64,000 nucleotides of DNA, from positions 166,524-230,523 of the IMG/VR virus record IMGVR_UViG_3300028797_000094; one strand, given 5' to 3'. This document shows positions 20,361 to 30,500 of this stretch, piece after piece. The translations under genes were made by a program, and so were the position numbers. Under the pieces are notes generated by a model. The model was given only the letters and a program-made list of their open reading frames with translations. It was not told the origin of the DNA and searched no databases. Source of the DNA: a virus. Its lineage: Duplodnaviria > Heunggongvirae > Uroviricota > Caudoviricetes. Numbering within the stretch: the first letter of the stretch is position 1; every line of letters begins with the position of its first letter.

Positions 20361-21225
20361 AGCTGACCAATATTTTAAAGAAGAAATTAATAAACTTTTA
20401 ACAGAAGGTTTTAATGATAAAGATTATAAAGTAAGACCTGTTTGGATAGATACAGATGAAAATGGTAATGAAGTAAGAACTCCTGCGCACACAATTAAAA
20501 TTTTTGGTGCAATGAGAAGTTATGATTTATCAAAAGAATTTCCAATTTTAACTCTAAGAACTCAACCATTTAAAACTGCAGTTAAAGAAGTTATTTGGAT
20601 GTGGTGTAAAAAGTCAAATGTTACTGCTGAATTAGGCGCAAAAATTTGGGATGCATGGACATTAGAAGATGGAACTATTGGAAAAACTTATGGATATCAA
20701 CTTGCTCAAAAATATGATTTACCAGAAGGTGATAATATGGATCAAGTTGAAGCTTTAATATATAATTTAAAGAATAATCCTATGAATAGACGTATGATAG
20801 TTACAATGTGGAACCCAAGAGACTTAAAAGAAATGAATAAAACTTTAATGCCATGTGTATATGAAACACTATGGGACGTAGAAAATGGGCGATTAAATTG
20901 TACATTAATTCAACGTTCAGGCGATACACTTGCAGCAGCTGCTTCTGGTGGTTTTGATACTATTGAATATGCTTTATTGGTTCATATGATTGCACAAGTT
21001 TGTGGCTTAAAGCCAGGAATTTTAAATCATTATGTTAATAATTTACATATTTATGATAGACATATTGAAGCTTGTAAAAAGCTATTAGAAAATCCAGAAT
21101 ATGATGCTCCAACTCTATGGATTAATCCTGAAGTTAAAAATTTAGAAGATTTTACCATTGATGATTTTAGACTTGATAATTATCAATCAACTAAATTAGA
21201 AGAAAAAATTCCTGTTGCGGTGTAA
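20353..21225 (+). CDS. thyA: Thymidylate synthase family enzyme with Asp at the Asn177-equivalent site
   Basis: YDLSKEFPILTLR, IWDAW, GKTYGYQL, catalytic PC, QRSGD, YALLVHMIAQ and LHIYDRH motifs. All 8 Trp are TGG. Confidence 0.9.
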   Translation: MSRADQYFKEEINKLLTEGFNDKDYKVRPVWIDTDENGNEVRTPAHTIKIFGAMRSYDLSKEFPILTLRTQPFKTAVKEVIWMWCKKSNVTAELGAKIWDAWTLEDGTIGKTYGYQLAQKYDLPEGDNMDQVEALIYNLKNNPMNRRMIVTMWNPRDLKEMNKTLMPCVYETLWDVENGRLNCTLIQRSGDTLAAAASGGFDTIEYALLVHMIAQVCGLKPGILNHYVNNLHIYDRHIEACKKLLENPEYDAPTLWINPEVKNLEDFTIDDFRLDNYQSTKLEEKIPVAV

Positions 21226-21234
21226 GGAGAAATT

Positions 21235-21741
21235 ATGTTTAAAGTAATTAACCCAGCAGACGAAAAAACTAGAAAAGTTGGCGACCCAGCTTTTGATTTG
21301 TTTATAGAAAAGCCTAATACAGTTATATTTTTAGCTGGGCCATGTCCAAGAAAAAACTATGATGAAGACTGGCGAAATGAAGCTATTGAATATTTAGAAA
21401 AAGCGGGTTTTGATGGAGTTGTATTTAATCCAACAAATCCTTATTATAATACTTCAGACCCACTTTATTTAGAAAAACAAACTGAGTGGGAACAAAAAGC
21501 AATTCACATGTCAGATAAAGTTATATTTTGGATTCCTAGAACTGAAGAACATCCAGCATTAACGACAAATATAGAACTTGGTGAATTCCTAACAAAAGAA
21601 AATATTAACAAAATTTTAATAGGTATGCCTGACTTTGCAATAAAAAATAATTATATAAAAATCAGGCTAAAAATGTTAAATAAATATTATGATACAGATT
21701 TAAAAACATTAATGTATAGAGTTGTAGAGGAACTTAAATAA
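21235..21741 (+). CDS. Nucleoside 2-deoxyribosyltransferase-like (nucleotide N-glycosidase) protein
   Basis: IFLAGP, QTEWE, IFWIPR and TNIELG motifs. Confidence 0.7.
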   Translation: MFKVINPADEKTRKVGDPAFDLFIEKPNTVIFLAGPCPRKNYDEDWRNEAIEYLEKAGFDGVVFNPTNPYYNTSDPLYLEKQTEWEQKAIHMSDKVIFWIPRTEEHPALTTNIELGEFLTKENINKILIGMPDFAIKNNYIKIRLKMLNKYYDTDLKTLMYRVVEELK

Positions 21742-21742
21742 A

Positions 21743-22321
21743 ATGACAGATAAAGAAAAAAGAGACTTACATGTAGAAACTATTTTAGATCATATTACAG
21801 TTGTTAAAGATTTATGCTATCAAATGGGAATTTCTGAGCTTGGTGATGCACATGATTTAAGTAAGTTTACACCAGAAGAATTTGAAATCTATAAATATGC
21901 AGATGGTAAAAGAAGTCCACATGATAATGCAAGAGATGAATTAGGCTATTCTCCATCTTGGATTTATCATAAAGCTAGAAATCAGCATCATTGGGAGTAC
22001 TGGACTGATTTTAATGAAGCAAAACCTAATGGAGATGGAACCTTTACTATTGTTTGTAGATGTGTTAAAATGCCATATGATAGAGTTATTGAAATGCTTT
22101 GTGATTTTGTAGGGGCAGGAAAAGCCTACTCTAAAGAAGCTTGGACAGTTCATACACCTCTTGATTATTGGAAGAAAAACTGTGAAGGCAAAAGAGCTAT
22201 GCATAAAGATTCGGAAAAACTTTTAGTTACTCTTCTTACTCAATTAGATAAATCAGATAGTTTAGATGCGTTTGTTTCTTGGTATAATAAAAATAAAGAA
22301 AGATTAGAAAAAAATTATTAA
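21743..22321 (+). CDS. DUF5662-like HD-type protein (paralogue 2)
   Basis: HDLSKF, HKARNQHHWEYW and MPYDRVIEMLCDFVGAGKAY motifs. Confidence 0.65.
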   Translation: MTDKEKRDLHVETILDHITVVKDLCYQMGISELGDAHDLSKFTPEEFEIYKYADGKRSPHDNARDELGYSPSWIYHKARNQHHWEYWTDFNEAKPNGDGTFTIVCRCVKMPYDRVIEMLCDFVGAGKAYSKEAWTVHTPLDYWKKNCEGKRAMHKDSEKLLVTLLTQLDKSDSLDAFVSWYNKNKERLEKNY

Positions 22322-22348
22322 TAAAGAAAAGTTTGAGGTGGCTGAATA

Positions 22349-22999
22349 GTGAGTACTATTTTTACTCAAGAAGATCGTAATGCTATTTTTAATTATTATA
22401 GACAAAAATATGGTAATGCAGTAAAATGGCAAACAATTTTAGCAAATGTATGTGATTTTAAGCAACATGAGCAAGAAATAAAAAATGATCCACAATTATT
22501 TTTAGAGTGGTATGGATTTTTATATTATTTAGCACATATTGAAGGAACTATTGGTTTATTTGGTTATACATCAAAAGGTATTTTTCATCGAATTTTTACA
22601 ATGTTTGGGAGAGCTTTTTTAGAAGAAGCTGAAGTTAAAGATTCTCCTGAAGGAAAAGAGCTTGGTATGAAATGGTATAAAGATAATTCAGCTTATTTTC
22701 ATACTGGTAATGGTGACCCCGATGATGTAGATATAGTTGATAAAAATGGCATTCTTTATGATGTTAAAAATAATAATCCAATTTTTAATAAAGCGCATAT
22801 TGCACAAAATCTTTTAGCTTATAATTATTATTCAGGCCAAGTAGGCAAATTTGATGTTAAAACTCAAAAATTTATAGATATATTTGCTACTTTGGCTTCA
22901 GTAAAAGATATTGCTAAAAGGTATGGCTTAGATGAATTATTATTTAATTATGACTCATCTGAAGAAGATATTGAAAGATATTTAGGTTTGATTGATTAA
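22349..22999 (+). CDS. Hypothetical protein with a weak PD-(D/E)XK-like motif
   Basis: GAGG RBS and GTG start; PDDVD...YDVK. Confidence 0.5.
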   Translation: MSTIFTQEDRNAIFNYYRQKYGNAVKWQTILANVCDFKQHEQEIKNDPQLFLEWYGFLYYLAHIEGTIGLFGYTSKGIFHRIFTMFGRAFLEEAEVKDSPEGKELGMKWYKDNSAYFHTGNGDPDDVDIVDKNGILYDVKNNNPIFNKAHIAQNLLAYNYYSGQVGKFDVKTQKFIDIFATLASVKDIAKRYGLDELLFNYDSSEEDIERYLGLID

Positions 23000-23013
23000 T
23001 ATAGAGGTAATTA

Positions 23014-24633
23014 ATGAAAAATATATTAGAATTAGCAAAAGAGCTTAATATTCCAGAAGAATATGTTATTCCTTATGGCTGGGATAAAGCTAAGATAGAT
23101 TTAAAATATAAAGACGTTTTAAAAGATAGACCAGATGGTAAGCTTGTTTTAGTTACTGCTATTACACCAACAAAAGCTGGTGAAGGAAAAACAACAACTA
23201 CTATTGGTTTACATGATGGCTTACGTAGAATTGGTGTCAATTCACTTGCTTGTTTACGTGAGCCAAGCTTAGGCCCAGTTTGGGGAATTAAAGGTGGTGC
23301 AGTTGGTGCTTTAAAATCTACAATTGTTCCAAGTGATGATATTAATCTTCATTTTACTGGCGACTTTCATGCACTAACTTCTACAATTAATTTAATGGCA
23401 GCAATTATTGATAATCATATTTATCAAGGAAATGAATTAAATATTGACCCAAATAGAATTGTTTGGACACGAGCTTTAGATATTAATGATAGAGCTTTAA
23501 GAAGTGTTACAGTAGCACAAGATGATAAAAAAGCTACTCCGCATCATAATGAATTTGTTATTACAGTTGCAAGTGAATTAATGACTATTTTAACAATTTC
23601 ACAATCTGAAGAAGAATTTATTGATAGAGTTAACAAAATTATAGTTGCTTATACTTATAATGATGAGCCTGTTTATTTTGGTCAATTTAATTGTGGTAAA
23701 GCTATTCTTAAAATGATGAAAAATACAATGAATCCTAATATTGTTCAAACACTTGAAGAAAACCCAGTATTAGTTCATTGTGGCCCATTTGCTAATATTT
23801 CAATTGGAGTTAACTCAATTAATGCTACCAAGATGGCTTTAAAAATGGCTGATGTAGTTGTTACTGAAGCAGGCTTTGGTGGTGATTTAGGCGCTGAAAA
23901 ATTCTTAGATATTAAGTGTCAACTTGGTAATTTATCACCAGATGCTATTGTTTTAGTTGCAACAATTAGAGCACTTAAACTTCATGGTGGTGTTAAATTT
24001 GAGGACTTAGATAAAGAAAATATTGAGGCATTAAAAGCTGGTTATTGTAATCTAAAAAAACATTATGAAAATATGTGTACATATGGTGTTCCAGTAATTG
24101 TAGCTATTAATAGATTTCCAAATGATACAGGTAAAGAACAAGAAACTTTGTGTGAATTATTATTAAATGATAAGATTTGGTATGCTTTAAATAGAGCTGC
24201 CTTAGATGGCAGTGAAGGTGCTGTTGATTTAGCCAATCAAGTAATGACTGCAATTAATTTAGATACTAAACACATAGCTTGCTTTGGTGGTTTTGAACCG
24301 CTTTATAGCTTTGATACACCAATTTTAACTAAGATAGATAAAATCTGTAAAGAAATTTATGGTGCTTCTGGTGTAGAATATACAGATTTAGCTCTTAAAC
24401 AAATTAAACAATATGAAGATATGGGCTATGGCGGTTTACCTGTTTGCATTTCTAAGACTCCAAATTCATTAACAGATGACCCAAAAATTTTAGGAGCTCC
24501 AACAGATTTTACTATTCATATTAGAGAAGTAAGATTATATGCGGGTGCTGGCTTAATTGTTCCACTTTCTGGTGCTTTATTATTGATGCCTGGTTTGCCA
24601 AAAGAGCCACGTTGTTTAGATAAATTTAATTAA
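23014..24633 (+). CDS. fhs: Formate--tetrahydrofolate ligase
   Basis: AITPTKAGEGKTT, REPSLGP, INLHFTGD, HCGPFANI and TEAGFG motifs. Confidence 0.95.
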   Translation: MKNILELAKELNIPEEYVIPYGWDKAKIDLKYKDVLKDRPDGKLVLVTAITPTKAGEGKTTTTIGLHDGLRRIGVNSLACLREPSLGPVWGIKGGAVGALKSTIVPSDDINLHFTGDFHALTSTINLMAAIIDNHIYQGNELNIDPNRIVWTRALDINDRALRSVTVAQDDKKATPHHNEFVITVASELMTILTISQSEEEFIDRVNKIIVAYTYNDEPVYFGQFNCGKAILKMMKNTMNPNIVQTLEENPVLVHCGPFANISIGVNSINATKMALKMADVVVTEAGFGGDLGAEKFLDIKCQLGNLSPDAIVLVATIRALKLHGGVKFEDLDKENIEALKAGYCNLKKHYENMCTYGVPVIVAINRFPNDTGKEQETLCELLLNDKIWYALNRAALDGSEGAVDLANQVMTAINLDTKHIACFGGFEPLYSFDTPILTKIDKICKEIYGASGVEYTDLALKQIKQYEDMGYGGLPVCISKTPNSLTDDPKILGAPTDFTIHIREVRLYAGAGLIVPLSGALLLMPGLPKEPRCLDKFN

Positions 24634-24643
24634 GAGGTGTTAT

Positions 24644-25519
24644 ATGATTTCAATTAAAGAATATGTAGCTAAAAGAAAAGAAGAAATTAAAGAAGAAGTT
24701 AAAGCTTTTTCTAATTTAAAGCTTGTAATTATACAAATTGGTGATAACCCTGCAAGTAATGCTTATATTAAAGGTAAGTTAAAAGACTGCGATGAAGTGG
24801 GTATTAAGGTAGAGCTAATTAAATTAGCTGAAGATGTTGATGAGCATTATTTATTAAATTTAATTGACTGTCTAAATGCAGATAAAGAAGTTACAGGTTT
24901 AATTGTTCAACTTCCACTTCCAAAACATATTTCTGAGCAAAAAGTAATTGAAGCTATTAGCCCAGAAAAAGATGTTGATGGTTTTTCAAAATTAGCTTAT
25001 GTTAATCCAGGAACTCCACAAGGAATTATTGATTATTTAGAATACAATAATTATAATTTTGTTGATAAAAATGCAGTAGTTATTGGTCGTTCAAATATTG
25101 TTGGTAGACCAATTGCAAGATTATTATTAGATAGAAGCTGTAATGTTTCTGTTATTCACAGTAAAACTTCAGTTGAGCATAAACAAGAGCTTTTAAAGAA
25201 AGCTGACTTAGTTGTTGTAGCTACTGGTCATAGAAATACTATTGTAAATGAAGACCTAGAACTTGATAGACAAATAACAACTATCTTTTTTGAAACTTCA
25301 AATGGTGGTGGAGGTGCTTATCAAGGTCCAGATAAAATTATTTATGCAACTCCATTTATAGTAGATGTTGGTATGAATAGAAATGATGAAGGCAAGCTTT
25401 GTGGTGATTGTGAAGCTGTTACAGTTTGCGAAAAAACTCCAGTTCCTGGCGGTGTTGGACTATTAACAAGACTTGCTTTAATTACAAATTTAATGAAATT
25501 AGCTAAGAGAGGAAATTAA
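24644..25519 (+). CDS. folD: Bifunctional methylene-THF dehydrogenase/cyclohydrolase
   Basis: VQLPLP, PEKDVDGF, VIGRSNIVGRP, VDVGMNR and TPVPGGVG motifs. Confidence 0.95.
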   Translation: MISIKEYVAKRKEEIKEEVKAFSNLKLVIIQIGDNPASNAYIKGKLKDCDEVGIKVELIKLAEDVDEHYLLNLIDCLNADKEVTGLIVQLPLPKHISEQKVIEAISPEKDVDGFSKLAYVNPGTPQGIIDYLEYNNYNFVDKNAVVIGRSNIVGRPIARLLLDRSCNVSVIHSKTSVEHKQELLKKADLVVVATGHRNTIVNEDLELDRQITTIFFETSNGGGGAYQGPDKIIYATPFIVDVGMNRNDEGKLCGDCEAVTVCEKTPVPGGVGLLTRLALITNLMKLAKRGN

Positions 25520-25520
25520 T

Positions 25521-25976
25521 ATGGATATTTATGAAATTAAAAAACTTTTAGATGCTCCAGATAGAAGTGTTAAAGATAATCTTATTATATTTGCTTATAT
25601 TTTAGATGAAATGTTTGATTTATATGAAAAGAAAAATGCTAATTATGGAGACAGCTTTGGTGAAACTTGGGCAAAGTTAGGTCCAATTTCAGGGCTTACA
25701 AGACTATCAGACAAGCTAAATAGAGCTATAAATTTAGTAACTGGTGGTAAAAATGACTTTGAATCTATTGAAGATACATTTATTGACTTAGCTAATTACT
25801 CAGTTATGTGTTTAGTTGAGCTACAAAAAGAAAAGTTAGCTGATATTAAGGCTGATACTAAGGCAAGAAATAAGTATATTCAACAATATTTTGATGATCA
25901 AAAAGCTATTGAAGATAAAATAGTTGATAAAAAGTCTAAAAAGACTGGCAAAACTATATTAAATGAGGAGAAATAA
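25521..25976 (+). CDS. DUF1599 (nucleotide modification associated domain 1)-like protein
   Basis: KKNANYGDSF, RLSDKLNR and EDTFIDLANY motifs. Confidence 0.7.
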   Translation: MDIYEIKKLLDAPDRSVKDNLIIFAYILDEMFDLYEKKNANYGDSFGETWAKLGPISGLTRLSDKLNRAINLVTGGKNDFESIEDTFIDLANYSVMCLVELQKEKLADIKADTKARNKYIQQYFDDQKAIEDKIVDKKSKKTGKTILNEEK

Positions 25977-26582
25977 ATGATTACTGGTATTGTTTGTTGT
26001 GCAAGAGACTGGGGAATTGGTAAGAAAAACGGACTTTTATTTAATATAGAAGATGATATGAAGTATTTTAAAGAACATACTACAGGTTGTATCTGTGTAT
26101 TTGGTTATAATACTTATATGTCATTACCAAAAAGACCTTTACCAAATAGAATTAACGTAGTTTTATGGGATCAAGCAACTTCACCAAATTGTTTAGAAGG
26201 TGCAATTACTTTTAAAGAGTTTGATGCTTTATTAAATTTTGTTCAAATAATGTCAACACAATATATAGTTTATATTTGTGGTGGTGCAACTATCTATAAA
26301 TTATTTTTACCTTATTATGACGAAATTTGTTTAACAAAAGTTTATGCAACTGACCCAGAAGCAACAGCATTTTTTGATTTATCAGAGGCTGATTTTGTTT
26401 CAGATTATGCTTCACCAATTTTAGAAGATAAAAAAACAGGACTATGTTATAGATTTATTCATTTGTTATGTAAAGCTGATGCAAAAATTTTCTTACAAGA
26501 TTTTCCAGATGTTGATTTAAAAAAGCCTAAATTAACTGATGCAGATATTTACGATGAAGAAGGAAAATTAAAGACTGTATAA
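25977..26582 (+). CDS. folA: Dihydrofolate reductase
   Basis: GIGKKNGL, DDMKYFKEHT, RPLPNRINVVL and ICGGATIY motifs. Confidence 0.9.
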   Translation: MITGIVCCARDWGIGKKNGLLFNIEDDMKYFKEHTTGCICVFGYNTYMSLPKRPLPNRINVVLWDQATSPNCLEGAITFKEFDALLNFVQIMSTQYIVYICGGATIYKLFLPYYDEICLTKVYATDPEATAFFDLSEADFVSDYASPILEDKKTGLCYRFIHLLCKADAKIFLQDFPDVDLKKPKLTDADIYDEEGKLKTV

Positions 26583-26596
26583 TACAGTCTTTTTTA
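26571..26596 (+). terminator. Intrinsic terminator overlapping the DHFR stop
   Basis: AAGACTGTA/TACAGTCTT stem followed by a T tract. Confidence 0.75.
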
Positions 26597-26612
26597 TTTG
26601 CTAAATTATATG
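26597..26612 (+). promoter_or_regulatory. Putative late-type promoter motif TTTGCTAAATTATATG
   Basis: Identical to the 9323 copy and sits at the head of a TGA-rich operon. Confidence 0.55.
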
Positions 26613-26647
26613 ACAAATTAAACTTCTATGATAAAGGAGATAGAACT

Positions 26648-27568
26648 ATGCCAGAAGAAAAAGAATGACAAGACTTTAATAGAACTAACAATAGAATTGA
26701 AAATAAGGATGTTGTAGCTATTGAAAAAAATGTTGAATATTTAAAAGAAACAAAATCAACAGTTTCTGTTCCAGAAGAAATTTCTGGAAGTGCTCCAGAA
26801 ATTGAAGGCTTAATCATTGATGGAACAACATATAAAATTCAAACATTAACAGAAGAACAAATTAATGCTATTAATTGGGCTTTTCAAAAATGACAAAAAG
26901 AAGAGGCAGAAGCAAACAAGCCAGAAATTACCAGTTTTATAGTAAGTCCAACTTCAGTAGTTCCTGGAGAAACAGTTAATATTAATTTTTCTTTTACAGT
27001 TAATAGAATAGCTAATGTAAAAAAAGATGAAAATGATAAATATATAATAAAAATAAAATTAAAAAATACTGGTGCTTATCTTGTTGATCAAAATGCTATT
27101 GATTGAAGTGCATCCCCATATACAGCTAGTTTAGAAATGTCTACTATTGAAGATCAATTCTATGCATTAGAAGTAACACCAGCAAGTCAATATTTAGTAG
27201 ATAAAATAACAAAAGATGTAGAAATTTTAGTTGGCTATCCTTGTTATTATGGTAATTTGGCAGCAACTACATTTACCGCTGCTGATGTTTTAGATAATAC
27301 AAAGTTTACTCGTGTTCAAAGCTGACCAGCAGAAGGCATTCAAATGACTACTCCAACTAATAAATATACATTCTGAGTAGTTCCAGAAAGTTATTCTACA
27401 TATACTCCAGAAAGCAATATGCCTGAAGATTTAGAAGTAATTCCTGGAATTTCAATTACTTTAGATGGCCATAGTTATTATGTTTACAGCCCAAATTGAA
27501 CTATTGCTACTCAAACACTTGATTTATTTCAAATAGAAGTAACTGATACATATAAGCTTAATAGGTAA
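26648..27568 (+). CDS. 306-aa probable virion protein (6 TGA read as Trp)
   Basis: AAAGGAG RBS; single frame to TAA; first TGA at codon 7. Confidence 0.7.
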
Positions 27569-27579
27569 GGAGACTAACA

Positions 27580-30500
27580 ATGCCAAAAATTTATAGTAAA
27601 TTAGTAAATCCAAAAGGTAGCAAAGTTGCTGATTTAAAAGATATTGATTTAGGTAATGCTGAGGAAATTAAAGGTAAGGTATTATTTATTAATAATAGTG
27701 GAGAAGCTGAATGAAAAACCCCTGGTTCTGTTCCTGAATTAAAGGGTGATAAGGGTGATAAAGGCGATCCAGGTGAAAAAGGTGCTGATGGTGCTCCTGG
27801 AGCTGACGGTGCTCCTGGTGCTGATGGTGCTCCTGGTGCCATAGGTCCACAAGGTCCTGCTGGTGCTGATGGTGAAAGCATTTATACCATTACTTTAGAT
27901 AATGATTTTGATTCAATTCCATGTGCAGCTGATGGCACTCCAAGTTATACCCCACAACAATGAATTGATCAAACAAGTCATAATATTAAAGTTTTTTGTG
28001 GAACAAGTCAAGAAGAATTTTTAATGTCTGACACAGTTCCAGTAGTAAATGATAATATTTTAACAGTAGTATATGAATATGATAGTACTAAACTTACTGT
28101 ATATAATTCATGGCCAGTTGTAGCAGTTAATAATTTTACACAATATATTACAGCATTAAATTCTGATAAAGAAGTTATCACTTATAAATTGTATAAAGGT
28201 AGTACATGACTTGCTCAAGCTAAATTTGAAATTTCAAAGCTTCGTGCTGGACAAGCAGGTGCAACAGAAACTATTTCAGGTTTTCATGAATATTATTTTG
28301 CCTGCAATAAATCAGACTATAGTGAGTTTCCTGCAGCAGATAAATTCATAATTAATGAGCAAGTTAATACTAAATGAAAAGAAGATATTTCTCAAATTAC
28401 TTTTGATGAAACTCATCAATATTTGTGAAATGGTGAAGAAACTGTTCTATATGATAGTGTTACTGGTACATCAAGAAGTTTATTTACAGCACCAGCATTG
28501 CTTGGTCATTTTGCTGTTGATGGTAAAGGTATTCAAAGTATTGAAAATTGATATTTAGCTACACCAACAGATGAAACTCCAGAGTTTACACCAGCTTCGC
28601 CATGAAGTCAAACATATATTGTGCCAGACGGTAATAATTTATATGTTTGAAATGTTGAAAGAATTATTTTTTCAGATCTTTCACAAACTGTAACCAATCC
28701 TACAATTGTTACATCATTAGGTGTTCCTGGTATACCTGGAAAAGGCATTGATGGATTAGTTGAATATTATTATACATCAAATACTGATAATTATGAAAAT
28801 ATTCCATCATCTCAAAAATTTATCTATAATGGTGAAATTAATACTGCTTATTGAAAAACTTCAACTACTGAAGTAATTTTTGATGAAGAACACCCATACT
28901 TATGAAATGGTGAATCAATTGAATATGATGATAATACTCATCAAGAAACTTCACCAGTTGTAATTGCTAATTGGTCTGCAGACGGCCGTGGAATTGATGA
29001 AATTAGAAATTATTATGCAAGAACTACTACAAATAGTAGACCACCATTCGTATTCGCAGATTTAGATGATCCTGAATCTGCAACATATTTAGCTGGATGA
29101 TCTATTACTTATGTGGCTCCAGATGCAGAAAATAGATATTGTTGAAATGTTGAAGTTATTTTTTATAATGATGATACAATTGAAACAACACCAGTAGCTT
29201 TGTGCTCATATTTAAGTGAAGATGCGGTTGATACTACAATTCATTTAAGTACAAATATTATTAGAAAAGCAAGTGATGATGTTACTTTTAATCCAACTGT
29301 AATTACTGCACAAGCTTTTGCAACTACTGGTTCTGGTGAACCTTCTGAAGTTACTAATAATGTTTATTGAAAATATTGATATAATAGTGATACTGCAAAT
29401 GCTCAATATGCGAGTGACATTATAGCACCATTAAGTATTAATGTTATAGCTAATACTGAAATAATTACAATTGAAGCTTATTCAGATGAAAATTATCTTA
29501 ACTTATTAGATAGACAGACTGCAAATGTAATTCATGATGGTCAAGATAATGAAGCAATTTATAGAGTAGTATTAGATAATAACTTTGATTCTGTACCTTG
29601 TGATGCAGATGGTATTATTTCATATACAAGTTCAGACTGACATAATCAAACTGCTCATACTTTTAAAGTTTATTTTGGTAATGAACAACAAAACTTTAAA
29701 ATTGCCAAAAAAACAGACCCAGTGGTAAGTACACCAGATTTAACTATTTTATATTCACTTGAAGCAGTAACATTTGAAAGTAGTATTGATTCTAATATAG
29801 CTATTTCTAGTCAAACTGCTTATTTAAATTCACTTACTGCAGATAAAGGTAAAGTTCATTATGAATTATATAAAAATGGTGAACAATTAGCTTGGGCTGA
29901 TTTTGACATTGTAAAAATTAAAACAGGTAAAGATGTTGTAGATTATTATATTTTAACAGACTATTCTGCAATAGGTAGAGCTGGTGATGGACAAACAATT
30001 ACTCCAGCACAATTAGAAATAAAAGCTTATAAGAAAGTTGGTAAAGATCTTCCAACACTTATTACACTTGCACAATTAGCACAACAAGATCGTGAAGTAG
30101 ATTTAGTTATTAAAAAAGATAATACTACTGTAACATTAGATTCTAATTATAAAGTTAGTACAAGTGGATTAACAGATAAATTTGAAATTGAATTAAAGAA
30201 CCATACAGATAATACAATTTTATATGATAAAGAAACAGTGTTACTAGTAAAAGATGCTGTTCAAACTTATGGACATACTGTTTTCTGTGCTGACCCAGAA
30301 GGTTTAACTCCAGAAGCTATAGATTATTCACCAAGTGTATCAAAAAAATACACAACTATATATTGAGATGGCAATGTAAATGCTGCAGCAAATTGAGCTA
30401 GTTTACCAGCAAATTTAAATTGATCTTTATATCAACCAGCTACTATTGTTAGTGTAATAAAACAATATGCACAACAAGATAAAGCTATTTCAACAGCTCC

